Position numbers and translations under genes: made by a program
Shown: positions 30,354 through 40,027 of the stretch, one piece after another
How positions within the stretch are numbered: the stretch's first letter is position 1
Layout of the letters: every line of letters begins with the position of its first letter
Virus record (IMG/VR): IMGVR_UViG_3300028948_000703
Span: 1-64,000 of that record
DNA from: a virus
Length of the DNA stretch: 64,000 nucleotides
Direction: 5' to 3' (one strand)
The notes under the pieces: generated by a model
Told to the model about the DNA's origin: nothing
The model's database searches: none
What the model saw: the letters and a program-made list of their open reading frames with translations, nothing else

Positions 30354-31217
30354 TTAGGCCCGGTCCCAATTAGCCTTTACACAGTTACGAGCACTGCTGG
30401 CCTTCATACCTAGCTGGTTGACAGCCTGACGAAACACATGATCCTGCCCGTAACCAGCAAGCCTGGCAGTGCGAATCAATGCACGCACCTGTTCTGCATA
30501 GCTACCGGTGTTAGCAGCCGCTGCCGGACGAGGACCTTGCACAACAGTGGTCCCCGCAGGGATTGCATAGTTGGTACCTGCAAAAACCGAATCACGTTTG
30601 ACAGGAACGCTGGTGGCAGCAACATCGTGCATCAAGCTCCAGGTTGCCGGGCTCACAGTTGGCCGCGACTGAGCAGCATGGGTGCTGACTACCCGACCGT
30701 TATACTTGACAATATATGCACAGTAACGATCGATGACACCCCAGGATGCCTTACGGAAACGACACATACCACCAGTTTGGATGCTGCGATGGCGACGTTC
30801 ACTGACGCCATATTCCTTGCCGGCGGTGCTGGTGTAGATATAAGTGCGGCCTCGTGCATATTCAATGGTGGTCATATCATGAGTACGCTTGCCGGTGCCA
30901 CCCAGCGCACGACACACGGCTGCCCAACCGGCATCATGCTTGCGACCCAAGCTGGGATTGCGATGGCACACCGTATGGGCGATTTCATGCGGAATGGTGT
31001 CGTCAACCATATCCCGGAAGTGAGCCTCGTCACCAAAGATTGCAGTGGTATTGAGGCGAATGGTACGGTGTCCAATTGCCCAGCCTGCCGTGCGACCTTT
31101 GAGGTCATAGCGCACGATCAGATCGCTGAGATCCATATTGTAGCGTTGCTTGACAATGGCTTTGACAGCAGCAATCTTGTCTTCCACTGCCTTCATGCGT
31201 TCTGCGCGGGTCTGCAT
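30354..31217 (-). CDS. SprT-like zinc metalloprotease with a C-terminal HTH-like domain
   Basis: TAGWA..IRLN..TIPHEIAH..HDAGW..H; C-terminal domain shared with the 39608 and 55330 genes. Confidence 0.85.
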   Translation of the reverse strand: MQTRAERMKAVEDKIAAVKAIVKQRYNMDLSDLIVRYDLKGRTAGWAIGHRTIRLNTTAIFGDEAHFRDMVDDTIPHEIAHTVCHRNPSLGRKHDAGWAAVCRALGGTGKRTHDMTTIEYARGRTYIYTSTAGKEYGVSERRHRSIQTGGMCRFRKASWGVIDRYCAYIVKYNGRVVSTHAAQSRPTVSPATWSLMHDVAATSVPVKRDSVFAGTNYAIPAGTTVVQGPRPAAAANTGSYAEQVRALIRTARLAGYGQDHVFRQAVNQLGMKASSARNCVKANWDRA

Positions 31218-31224
31218 TAAGTGC

Positions 31225-31350
31225 TCCTTGCGTTGCCTGCGTATATTAGCAGATTTATATGGCGGCACAACCAAAAGTTATCCACAGATATCAGTTCTTT
31301 TTGGTTGCAGTAATGTGGTATTCTGCTATTATCACAGAGTTAACAAGGAG
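31225..31350. promoter_or_regulatory. Divergent sigma70-type promoters at the transcription divergence point
   Basis: TTGCAG..GCTATTAT on the plus strand; GCTAATAT on the minus strand; gene orientation flips here. Confidence 0.6.
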
Positions 31351-31357
31351 CAAGCAA

Positions 31358-31891
31358 ATGGACTACGCTACTGCACAGAAGGTGTTTGGTGAGATCAAGG
31401 GTGGTACCTTTGTTGGTATGGACACCGAAACTGTTGAAAAGCTCAAGGGCGGCAAGAAGAATCCGTATCAGGGCCGTGTTACCAAGCGTGTTACCGGCAG
31501 CACTGTGATGGTGTTCGGCAACACTGAGAGCAATGCTTATGAGAACATGGTCAAGCGTCGCCTGGCCAAGGAAGGCAAGGATCCGGAGGACTTCAAGCTC
31601 AGCCCGCGTGCATGGGGTCAGCGTATTCCCGGCACGGCGTTTGTCGAGCACAAGGGCGAACACTATATCGAAGTGATCTTCCTGCATGCCGGCGACGTGG
31701 AGTATTTCCTGGACGGCAAGCCGCTGGATGTCGTTGCAACGGGTGCTGATGCAGCGTGGCTGGAACTGCCCGATACCAAGGTCAATCCGAATGGGCAGGG
31801 TGGGCTCAGCGAAGACTCGCGTGTGATCATTCGTACCTACAAGCTGGACAGCGTTATTGCGGTGCGTGCCAAGGGTGAAGAGCATAGCTAA
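31358..31891 (+). CDS. Conserved phage protein
   Basis: AAGGAG RBS; KNPY.GRV.K..YENMVKRRL motif; terminator at 31897-31932. Confidence 0.8.
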   Translation: MDYATAQKVFGEIKGGTFVGMDTETVEKLKGGKKNPYQGRVTKRVTGSTVMVFGNTESNAYENMVKRRLAKEGKDPEDFKLSPRAWGQRIPGTAFVEHKGEHYIEVIFLHAGDVEYFLDGKPLDVVATGADAAWLELPDTKVNPNGQGGLSEDSRVIIRTYKLDSVIAVRAKGEEHS

Positions 31892-31985
31892 ACTTTGGTG
31901 GGTGGGCAAGAAATTGCTCACCCATTCCTTTTCACGTTGACATAAATATCCTGTTCTTGTATAAATATCGGCAGGAGATATCAAC

Positions 31986-32189
31986 ATGAAGATCAATGAA
32001 GTTACCAAGACTAACCGCGAGGCTCTGTTTGAAGAGCTGGATCGGAACAACGATACCGGGGTTGCTACTGAAAACCTCGTAGCGATTGTAGAAGCGCATA
32101 ACGCTGATGTCTGGGAAGATCTCACTGATGATTACCTAGCAAACCTCAAGAAACAATTGGCAGAAACCAACAATGGCAGTAGCATTTAA
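31986..32189 (+). CDS. Small acidic protein, putative antitoxin with MKINE start
   Basis: TATAAATA at ~31960; overlaps the toxin-like gene downstream. Confidence 0.55.
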   Translation: MKINEVTKTNREALFEELDRNNDTGVATENLVAIVEAHNADVWEDLTDDYLANLKKQLAETNNGSSI

Positions 32190-32541
32190 GATTTCGCCAT
32201 TATTCAAAAAGACTCTTGCTGATCTAGCTGCTCAGAATCCGCGATTAATTGATCGTGTTGAAGCATTTAAAAATTTCAAAAGTCAAAACCCACTGGCTAG
32301 TTTTGGCAGTAGTGATAAACCATTGTCAGGTACAGGATATTTTTCTAAAGCCGTGCCCGGCATAAAACATGCCCATCTCACACGAGATATCAGCATATGG
32401 TACACTGTCAGTGGCAGAGATCCTACCGAATTTAAGCTCTACGGTATGTTTACTCATCATGATACTGGTACAGGTGAGCCTCCAAACTTAAAGAGGCAAA
32501 AATCTGCAGCTGAATGGTTAAAAAATCAACCTTTTAGATAA
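32173..32541 (+). CDS. YafQ/RelE-family mRNA interferase-like protein
   Basis: FKK..DKPLSG..KHAHL.RD..IWY..L.GMFTH resembles the YafQ DHxLxG..ECHI..D..LIY..GSH pattern. Confidence 0.65.
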   Translation: MAVAFKISPLFKKTLADLAAQNPRLIDRVEAFKNFKSQNPLASFGSSDKPLSGTGYFSKAVPGIKHAHLTRDISIWYTVSGRDPTEFKLYGMFTHHDTGTGEPPNLKRQKSAAEWLKNQPFR

Positions 32542-32603
32542 ATTAAGGTTGCGTTATTCCAATTGCCTGTTATAATGCGGACATGGCACAGAGGAAAGCT
32601 AAA

Positions 32604-32729
32604 ATGAAGACTCAGAAGCGTCGCGCTATCGAACTCTTTGCGGCTAACAGCCCGTTCCGTAGCAAGCGTGTGGTCAAGAGCAAGAAGCTCTACACTCGTC
32701 GTGTTCGTTCCAACAAGAAGGATATCTAA
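32604..32729 (+). CDS. 41-aa basic ArfA-like peptide, absent from the ORF track
   Basis: MKTQKRRAIELFAANSPFRSKRVVKSKKLYTRRVRSNKKDI; GAGG RBS and TATAAT promoter. Confidence 0.55.
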   Translation: MKTQKRRAIELFAANSPFRSKRVVKSKKLYTRRVRSNKKDI

Positions 32730-32730
32730 C

Positions 32731-32907
32731 ATGCGTGTTGGATTTGGTCTGTTTGGTGTATTCTTTGCAGTGGTTGCAGCACTCGTTCTGGTGTCATTCG
32801 TTGCCGCTGGATTCCTGTCATACCAGTGCTATGCTAGCGGCGATCCCAACAGTATTGCCTGCTTTATGATCAGCGATCGGCACGAGATCGGCATTCGTAC
32901 CCGCTAA
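32731..32907 (+). CDS. Small membrane protein
   Basis: MRVGFGLFG.., one TM segment. Confidence 0.65.
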   Translation: MRVGFGLFGVFFAVVAALVLVSFVAAGFLSYQCYASGDPNSIACFMISDRHEIGIRTR

Positions 32908-33422
32908 AGGTGCATGATGGAATACGGAATCTTGATGTGTGTCGCTTGGGTGCAATGGCATATTAAGCGGTACGGTCCCTTTGTACTGGGAGCAGTTGCT
33001 TGCGGTGCAGTAGGATACTTTCTCAGGGGCTGGGTATGACATCTGAAGAGTTTAACGCACGTGAAGCAGAGCTTCTTCAAGATGTGCCCATAGAATTTCG
33101 CTCAGCTCTCAGCTATTATGCATATGACAAAGGTCATGCTTATGGGCATGAAGAGGTACTGATCCATCTAGGCGAACTGGTTGATATGCTGGTTCCTTGT
33201 TTTAAACAATACAATAACCGTGTAGGTGTCAAGCCATGAGTTGCCGTGAAGTAGATCTCGATGATGCTGTGGTCGAAGCTCTCTATGAGTACAACTGCAC
33301 AGGTGTTGATTCTGTGCTGAGGCATGTGCGGCGTCGCTTTAAAAATATCAATGACACGCAGGTGCGTCAGTGCTATAACGAGCTACGTAACAAGCAACGC
33401 GAAGTATTTCAGGAGCAGTAAG

Positions 33423-33818
33423 ATGAGCTGGTATAACTACGATCATTGTGATATCAGTGAGTTCATCGGCAAGACGCCCACGGAAATCATCAACGGTTAT
33501 GATGAGATTCGATTCCGTATGAGCGATGGGTCTGAGTATGTGATGGCTCACATCCAGGACTGCTGCGAAAGTGTCTCAGTTGAGGACATTGCCGGCGAGC
33601 TCAATGATCTGCTCAACAATCCGATCACTGTGGCCGAAGAGCGCTCCAACTTCAAGGAGACCGAGTACGGTGATGCTCGGTGGACCTTTTACGAACTTCA
33701 GGGATCGCGTGGTTATGCTACGATCCGTTGGTATGGTACTAGCAATGGCTACTATGGCACCGGCGTAGACATTATGCGTGTATCTGGGCCCAAGGTAGCA
33801 GACGAGCCCAGTTTTTAG
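33423..33818 (+). CDS. Conserved phage protein (HxQDCCESV..WTFY..RWYGTSNGYY; DUF7448-like)
   Basis: Characteristic motifs; GGAG RBS. Confidence 0.75.
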   Translation: MSWYNYDHCDISEFIGKTPTEIINGYDEIRFRMSDGSEYVMAHIQDCCESVSVEDIAGELNDLLNNPITVAEERSNFKETEYGDARWTFYELQGSRGYATIRWYGTSNGYYGTGVDIMRVSGPKVADEPSF

Positions 33819-33867
33819 GTTGACTCAAATCAATTAGTCTAGTAGTTTACATCAAAGGAGAGCAAGC

Positions 33868-34604
33868 ATGAACGCCAATCAGATTACCGATCGTGAGTCG
33901 TACATCAAGTTTCGTCGTGATTGGAAGGCGGTGTACCGCTACGTCAGCGAAGAAATTCGTGCCAGCAAGCGTGCTACCAACAGCATGAACTGGCGTCGCA
34001 ACAGCATCAGCATGGTCAAGACCCATGCACGTGGGCAGGCTGAAACGGCTATGCTGAGCCGGCGTGCCAATGTGCTCATGCAGGAGCTGACCGAGGCCAA
34101 GGCTCGTCGTCCGCTGCGTGTGCAGGCCTAACATGGCCGAGTCGCTGGAATCGCTGCAGGCATATCGCAACAACATGGATCTCCCTATGGAGATCCTGGC
34201 ATCGACTCTGGGAGAACTGGGCTGGAAAGGTGAAGGTGCTGCAGACTGCGATGTGGTAGATGTTGCCACTCGCAAGCTGCGTACCCTGCACGCACTGGTG
34301 CTTGCCGGGGGTCTTAACCCCAAGATGCTTGAAGCTATTATGGGTGAATAACATGATACGGACAATCATCGCAGCGATCGTTGCAGTTGGGTTGGGTGCA
34401 TGTGACAATTCACCCAAGTGCCTAGTGGACGCTAAAGACACCGCCGTGGTCATTGATGTTGATCAGCTCTGTTCTAGCGGTAGGTATGATTGCACCAGGT
34501 ATGACCGACTGCGTATGACTCGTGATGCTGACGGTACGGTCTGTGCCATGCACAGTTATGGCTGGAAGTACAAGGTTGGCGATAAGATCCGCGGACCAAT
34601 GTAA
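33868..34604 (+). CDS. Operon of three small genes (33868-34131, 34133-34351, 34353-34604); the last is a lipoprotein
   Basis: Abutting ORFs; LGAC lipobox in the last gene. Confidence 0.65.
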
Positions 34605-34671
34605 CTAACCTTTTACTCATTGACAGCTAATCCAAATCGTTATAATATCGGCGAACTAACAAAGGAGTAGA

Positions 34672-34823
34672 TGATGAATCGGAAGTTCAAGGGTGTGTGG
34701 AAGACTCCGGGCGGTGGGCTTCAGACTGTGTTCTGTGAAGCCAAGAACTACAATATCGCTTGCCAGATGTTCGAAGCTCAGTATGGCAAGGGCAAGGTGA
34801 TGAACGTCTGCGAGACCCGCTAA
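34672..34823 (+). CDS. ~49-aa hypothetical protein, absent from the ORF track; exact start uncertain
   Basis: TTGACA..TATAAT promoter and AAGGAG RBS; MNRKFKGVWKT..EAQYGKG. Confidence 0.65.
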
Positions 34824-34869
34824 TACAATAAAATTTGTGGTATCATGCTCTTGTTGTTATAATAGGAGC

Positions 34870-35541
34870 ATGATACCCCTTTATTGTGTGTGTACTACAA
34901 ATGCCGAACGTATCAGTCGTATGACGATGCGTTTTACTCAGCTGGGACTATATCACGAATTTGTGCCAAGTCCCGGTACTTGTATAGATGGACATCTTGT
35001 ATGTCTAGACAAGTTTTTAAAAACCGGTGCCGAATTTGGCATAGTATGCGAAGACGATGTTCATATACGTCGTGACTTCCTACAAGAACTACCCATTATA
35101 GTCGAACAATTTAAAAAGCTCAAGCTAGATATTCTTTTGCTAGGATATCTGCTGGATTACCCATTGTTACACCATCAACAACACGATCCCAATTTACCCA
35201 TGTTAGCCGTGCCGTTTAGCTTTCACAACTACGGCTCACAGCTATGGGGTACACAGATGTATCTGATAACTCGCAGTTATGCTGCACAAGTGTTGCATAA
35301 TTTTGGTCCAGCATCTGGGTACAAGCAGCGTGCAGCGATTAATTCATCACTGACACCACATGCCAGTGACCATATAATCACCAAGGATACCAGTCAACGG
35401 GCGTTAATTTGGCCAATGCTTGCAGTGGAAGAAGGTGTGATTAGACGCGAAATAGACACGTCATTGCCTGAGCATCACGCTCAGAACGACTTCCATCAAC
35501 GTGTATTCACTGCTAACTATGATCCAGCGTTGTTTGTTTAG
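34870..35541 (+). CDS. Glycosyltransferase family 25-like
   Basis: C..GH..GIVCEDDV..LGY..WGTQMYLITR. Confidence 0.7.
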   Translation: MIPLYCVCTTNAERISRMTMRFTQLGLYHEFVPSPGTCIDGHLVCLDKFLKTGAEFGIVCEDDVHIRRDFLQELPIIVEQFKKLKLDILLLGYLLDYPLLHHQQHDPNLPMLAVPFSFHNYGSQLWGTQMYLITRSYAAQVLHNFGPASGYKQRAAINSSLTPHASDHIITKDTSQRALIWPMLAVEEGVIRREIDTSLPEHHAQNDFHQRVFTANYDPALFV

Positions 35542-35659
35542 GTTACCAGCTATACCAGATTAGCATTTTTGCGTCACCGTGTTGGTCGTAGATCTTGTTA
35601 TCTACCAGCATCACCACCACTGGGGTAATACTGATCGAAACCAAACAGCAACCAACGAT

Positions 35660-36088
35660 TCATCGAAAGTTCTCCCGTTTATTGGGCAACAGTCCCAGCA
35701 CACTCTTTTCTTCATCAGTGAGCTTGTCCAGCGCTCGTTCTTTAACGTCGGCTAGACGCTGCTTTTCAATCTTGTGTGTTTCAACACGCTCAACCAGCGT
35801 TTCCAGATCGGTAAAGCACCACGGATTGGTATAGTTGAACTCATTGGGATTGAACCACACACGAGCCACAGAGTCTTCCTTGTAGCCCAGGTCTTCCACT
35901 GAGGCTTTTACCTGCACGTCAACTGCAGACTTTTCTACATTGAAGGCAACGGTGTAGTTAAGCCCAAGCTTTTCAGCATTGGCCAGTATTCTCAATGCTC
36001 GAACAGCAAAAGTCTTGTTGGCTTCAACGTCCTGCTGAACTCTTTCTAGCTCTTGAAGACGTCGTTCGTCTCGGGTCAGTCTAGCCAT
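35660..36088 (-). CDS. Hypothetical protein
   Basis: GAGG RBS; C-terminal ALDKLTDEEKSVLGL phage motif. Confidence 0.7.
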   Translation of the reverse strand: MARLTRDERRLQELERVQQDVEANKTFAVRALRILANAEKLGLNYTVAFNVEKSAVDVQVKASVEDLGYKEDSVARVWFNPNEFNYTNPWCFTDLETLVERVETHKIEKQRLADVKERALDKLTDEEKSVLGLLPNKRENFR

Positions 36089-36349
36089 TTTTATCCTCGT
36101 TATCATTGGCACCAATCAACCTTGCAGTAGCCGGGACCTTGACCACAGCATGAAATACAACGGTATGCCCAACAGGCGGCCAGTAAACCTTACCCTTGAG
36201 CAGCATACGAAGATCGATTGGTGCAGAGATTGGTGTGTTCATTCCGCCATTATAGCAAAAAGATTCTAGCTGTCAACTGTGTAATTGCGGTTGATCTCAC
36301 CTGCTACCAGTGTTAGTTTGCGGACTAGAAAATCACCGAGGACGACTCC

Positions 36350-36805
36350 ATGGCAGACTATCATTGCATCAGTGCGTATCAGTTTAAGCCGGTTGTTAAG
36401 AAGACTGCAACTGCAATTCGTCGCTTGCAGAAGCTTCTGGGATTTGAGCAGATTGTCTGCACAGGAATCAGCGGGCAAAGCATTGCGTGGCCGGTTAGCT
36501 ATGTCACTGATATTCCTGTGGCAGTGGTGCGTCGCAAAGGCGAGCGCGGGCATCATGGATACAAGGTAGAAAACTTCGCCAGAGACAAAAGCTATATCAT
36601 CATGGATGACTTTATTTGTTCCGGTGATACCATTCGGCACATGGTACGCACAATTAACAAGGAATATGCCGACGACGGTTCGCAATGTGTGGGTGTGTTT
36701 TGTTATTCGCCCACTGGACGTGAGTTTGTAACTGTTGACAAGACCAAGCTGTTTGTATATGATGCATCTAGCAGAAAGAAGAAAACAGCGGAGACGAAAA
36801 TGTAG
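36350..36805 (+). CDS. Type I phosphoribosyltransferase-like protein
   Basis: PRPP-binding motif IIMDDFICSGDT; TGISG and VVRRK motifs. Confidence 0.8.
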   Translation: MADYHCISAYQFKPVVKKTATAIRRLQKLLGFEQIVCTGISGQSIAWPVSYVTDIPVAVVRRKGERGHHGYKVENFARDKSYIIMDDFICSGDTIRHMVRTINKEYADDGSQCVGVFCYSPTGREFVTVDKTKLFVYDASSRKKKTAETKM

Positions 36806-36869
36806 TAGCACACGCTAGTTTTTATTGATTGAACATATTTTTTGACACACTGTGGTAGTTTAATAGTAA

Positions 36870-37025
36870 CCCCGGAGGCAGCAATGCGGTAACTAAATCT
36901 TTTTTTTGTTGTTTTATGTTTACGATTGGCTGTGACTTTATCATGAAGCACAGAGTTCTCGGGCAGTTAATGTAAGCCGTGGAGGGCAAGATCCGGGGGC
37001 AGAGCTAGAAATAGCTTTGCCTTCC
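36870..37025 (+). ncRNA. Candidate sRNA closed by a CCCCGGA/TCCGGGG stem
   Basis: Intergenic; complementary ends; followed by the hairpin GGCAGAGCTA-GAAA-TAGCTTTGCC. Confidence 0.4.
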
Positions 37026-37474
37026 GTGTTTTTGCATTGACAGTAGATCTGGTTCTGCTAAACTACGCAGCAAACAACGCAGGTTGACGATGTATTATTA
37101 CGTTAGGGACTGTCCTACCACGATCAAGCCCCACTTTGACGCACGTTGGTCACGTGAACAAAAGCTGTGGTGCATACGATCGCCGGTGCCGTTAGCTGGG
37201 TTCGTTCAGCTTGATTACTATGTAGTTCGCGAGTTTTTTAAAGTTAGATACTAAGATATCGGTTGCACTAGAGTCAAACGCTGCTAAAATACTCAGGTAA
37301 CAAGGAGAACACATTGTCGCAGTTGCAGATTGAAGAGAACGAAGATGGTAGCTGGGTGTTGCTGAAGCTTAACAGCGACGGCAATTGGGACGCTGTCAGT
37401 GAGCACGCCAGCAAGGCTGCTGCACGCACGGCTCAGCAGGACTATCTGGTCGCAGAGCAGTACTCACTTCCTGC

Positions 37475-38197
37475 ATGACACGCAAGTGGACTAAAAACAA
37501 GCCCCCAGCGGAGCAGTTCGACACAGAGCTGCTAATGGCCCTGGCATTTGCTGCGTATAGAGAAAATAACAATAATCTATACACAGAAGATGTCGTCTAT
37601 TGCCCTACCACCGGGGATAGACAGGAAGTTGTAACCAATAAAAAACACATGCAACGTCATCTTGCAGGCACAAAAACCTTGCAGATCCTAGACAGCGACT
37701 ATGAAAATGCTCGCAATGCTCGAGATTTTCTAGTTAACTGGTGTGTACTTAGAACACTTCAGGAAGAATTCCTGTCTAATTTTGTTGCGACTCTAAAGGA
37801 ATCTGCAAATCAAGAGAAACATCCTGCGATAGCCTGTGGATTGTTTAGCTATCTTCCTAGCCAGTACTTGAAGTTGATTGCCAAGCAACAGCGTGAAAAC
37901 CAGCTGTTGAATCTTGTTAATACCAGTGCATGGATTGGCACAATCGGGCAGAAAACAGAATTTACAATTACCGTGCTGGAAAGCAAGTACGTTGCCAAAT
38001 TTAACTGTTACCATGTTTTTGGCTATACACCAGATGATAACTGTGTGTCATTCTTTACATCCAACAAGGAATACTGTAGCAGCGGCACCTATTCAGGTCG
38101 AATCAAAAAGCATATCGTTGACAGCTATAATAAAAATGTAAATGTTACACAGTTTACCTATGTCAAACCGGTTGCGGCTGTGATCAACTCTAAGTAA
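37475..38197 (+). CDS. Conserved phage protein with a C-terminal OB-fold-like domain
   Basis: WIGTIGQK..GRIKKH..TQFTYVK. Confidence 0.65.
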   Translation: MTRKWTKNKPPAEQFDTELLMALAFAAYRENNNNLYTEDVVYCPTTGDRQEVVTNKKHMQRHLAGTKTLQILDSDYENARNARDFLVNWCVLRTLQEEFLSNFVATLKESANQEKHPAIACGLFSYLPSQYLKLIAKQQRENQLLNLVNTSAWIGTIGQKTEFTITVLESKYVAKFNCYHVFGYTPDDNCVSFFTSNKEYCSSGTYSGRIKKHIVDSYNKNVNVTQFTYVKPVAAVINSK

Positions 38198-38221
38198 TAT
38201 CTTGCAAACAGGGAGCTGATA

Positions 38222-38560
38222 ATGAGCACAGTTAATCTCAGCGCTATCGCTACTTTTATGGAATCTGGCTTGACATTGGGCCGTAGCCCACTTGAGTGTC
38301 TGCGTTTGCTCAATGAAGCCGAGCTTGAAGCCGTGATCGATAGTTTTCTCAAGGCCAATCGTCCTATGCGTACCATTAAGCTGGGCCTTGCTGTGGAGAA
38401 TAGTGATCGAGTTAATGCTATCAAAACGCTGCGTTCAATTGTTAAAAATTGTAGCCTTCTCGAAGCCAAGAACTTTGTGGAATGTGCCGGCGAGCTGACT
38501 GTTACTGATCAGCAGCTGACTGAGCTGCGCCAAGCTATGGCTCACATCATCGCAAAATAG
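38222..38560 (+). CDS. Ribosomal protein bL12 (L7/L12) C-terminal-domain-like protein
   Basis: RVNAIKTLRSIV..SLLEAKNFVE matches the bL12 KVxVIKxVRxxTGLGLKEAKDLVE pattern. Confidence 0.65.
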   Translation: MSTVNLSAIATFMESGLTLGRSPLECLRLLNEAELEAVIDSFLKANRPMRTIKLGLAVENSDRVNAIKTLRSIVKNCSLLEAKNFVECAGELTVTDQQLTELRQAMAHIIAK

Positions 38561-39089
38561 TTGACTTTTTCGTACTATTTGCTAGTATAAAGTCAGCAAT
38601 GGAGAGGGTGATGCAGACTTGGGAAGAAGCAGCACGAGCAGCAGGTTGGAAGGTTTTTATTGATCTTCCCAGCCGTACAGAATTTCGGCATGATACTCTC
38701 GACGATGATTATGTAACTGATCTCAAGGGTGAAGCTGCTTGGAAAGAACTTTGTGAGTTTATGGGGATTCGCCGATAATGTCTAGGATTTGTTCAGAATG
38801 CCGGTATGCAGTACTGGTCGACTATGGCTATAGCAATTACACCGTAGAAGGTACCAATCTATACTGTGCCAAGAAACTGCACCCCAACGATGGGTTTGAT
38901 CATTGGTATGGGGAAAACAAGGAAGTTCGCTTTGCTGAGAACTGCTCAGGATATGTCAGCGGAGCCCCTGTGCAGGTTGATGTCGATCACGAAGCATTCA
39001 ACGACATGCCCGGCGAAGAGCTTGAAATCTATCAAATGGTGTTTGGCAAACCCAGTTGACGTTTACTAGAAAGATGCTAGTATAGAGTT

Positions 39090-39258
39090 GATTCAGTTTA
39101 GTCGAATGCTCAGGTGGGTAAGCTCTGCAGAGCGAGGCCAACGTGCCGATAAACCTAGGGCTGTAGACTAATATGATAGGTCACCTGTCCAATATGCAGG
39201 AGATAAAGGTTTGATTCCTTTCAGCGGACTTGAGCTTTCGGCTAAACTGAATCTTTTT
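39090..39258 (+). ncRNA. Y-RNA-like / tRNA-mimic RNA
   Basis: TTGAC..TAGTAT promoter; long terminal stem containing GTCGAATG; internal D, anticodon and T arms (39157-39228); T-tract at the end. Confidence 0.65.
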
Positions 39259-39607
39259 GTCATTGACAAATCCGCAGTCTGCGCTAAATTAGCAGTGTGA
39301 ACAAGGAGATCATGATGATCATCAGTGCAGAACAAGCTCAGGCTTACACCGGTCTCGAAGGTCAGCAGGCTTTTGTCGAGCTGGGATTTGACAGCATGGG
39401 CTATACTCGTACCATCACCGACGGTGCCACTGGAGCGACTGCGGTAGTTCTGTATAGCGGTCTTGGCCTGCCCATTGCATATTTTCGCACTACCGACGAG
39501 GCTATCGGGTCAGCGATGCAGAACAACATTGAGGTTTTTAACCTTCACTAAAATTGGTTGCACGAGCTCTAGATCGCTGTATAATGAGCTCAACAACGGA
39601 GCAGCGT

Positions 39608-40027
39608 ATGAAAACCGAAGAACAGTATATGGAAGAGTTCGACGAAGCTCACCGCAATTATGTTGCTGCTCGAGCTCGTGCAGGCTTTCCTTTTAATCCT
39701 CCTGACAAGAACAAGCCCTTGCCTAGCTGGGTTCTGCGGCATGGCGAACGACCCACGTTGACGTTTGTCACTCGGCCGTACTCGGGTGCTGTACCAGCTG
39801 CTAAGAGCGTGCAAAAGCCCGCTGTAGCGGTGGCTCCGGAGGTCGCTACAGTTGTTAAGCCCGAAGCTGGTCAGAGCTTTGCGTCGCAAGTACGTGCAGT
39901 TATTGCAGACGTTAAACCCAAGGGCTGGACACAAGAACAGGTTGTTGAGCACGCGGTTTCTGTGCTTAATATGAAGCGTACAAGTGCTATCAACTGCGTC
40001 CGACATAACTGGGACCGTGTTAAGTAA
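39608..40027 (+). CDS. HTH-like domain protein, paralogue of 55330-55749
   Basis: Both are 139 aa; shared LPSWVLRxGExP and SAxNCxxHNW motifs. Confidence 0.8.
   Translation: MKTEEQYMEEFDEAHRNYVAARARAGFPFNPPDKNKPLPSWVLRHGERPTLTFVTRPYSGAVPAAKSVQKPAVAVAPEVATVVKPEAGQSFASQVRAVIADVKPKGWTQEQVVEHAVSVLNMKRTSAINCVRHNWDRVK

Noticed and set aside
39157-39228. Functional canonical tRNA (anticodon AAT)
   Set aside because: It has only a 4-bp acceptor stem, C at position 33, a TTTGA T-loop and no CCA, and it is embedded in a long closing stem.
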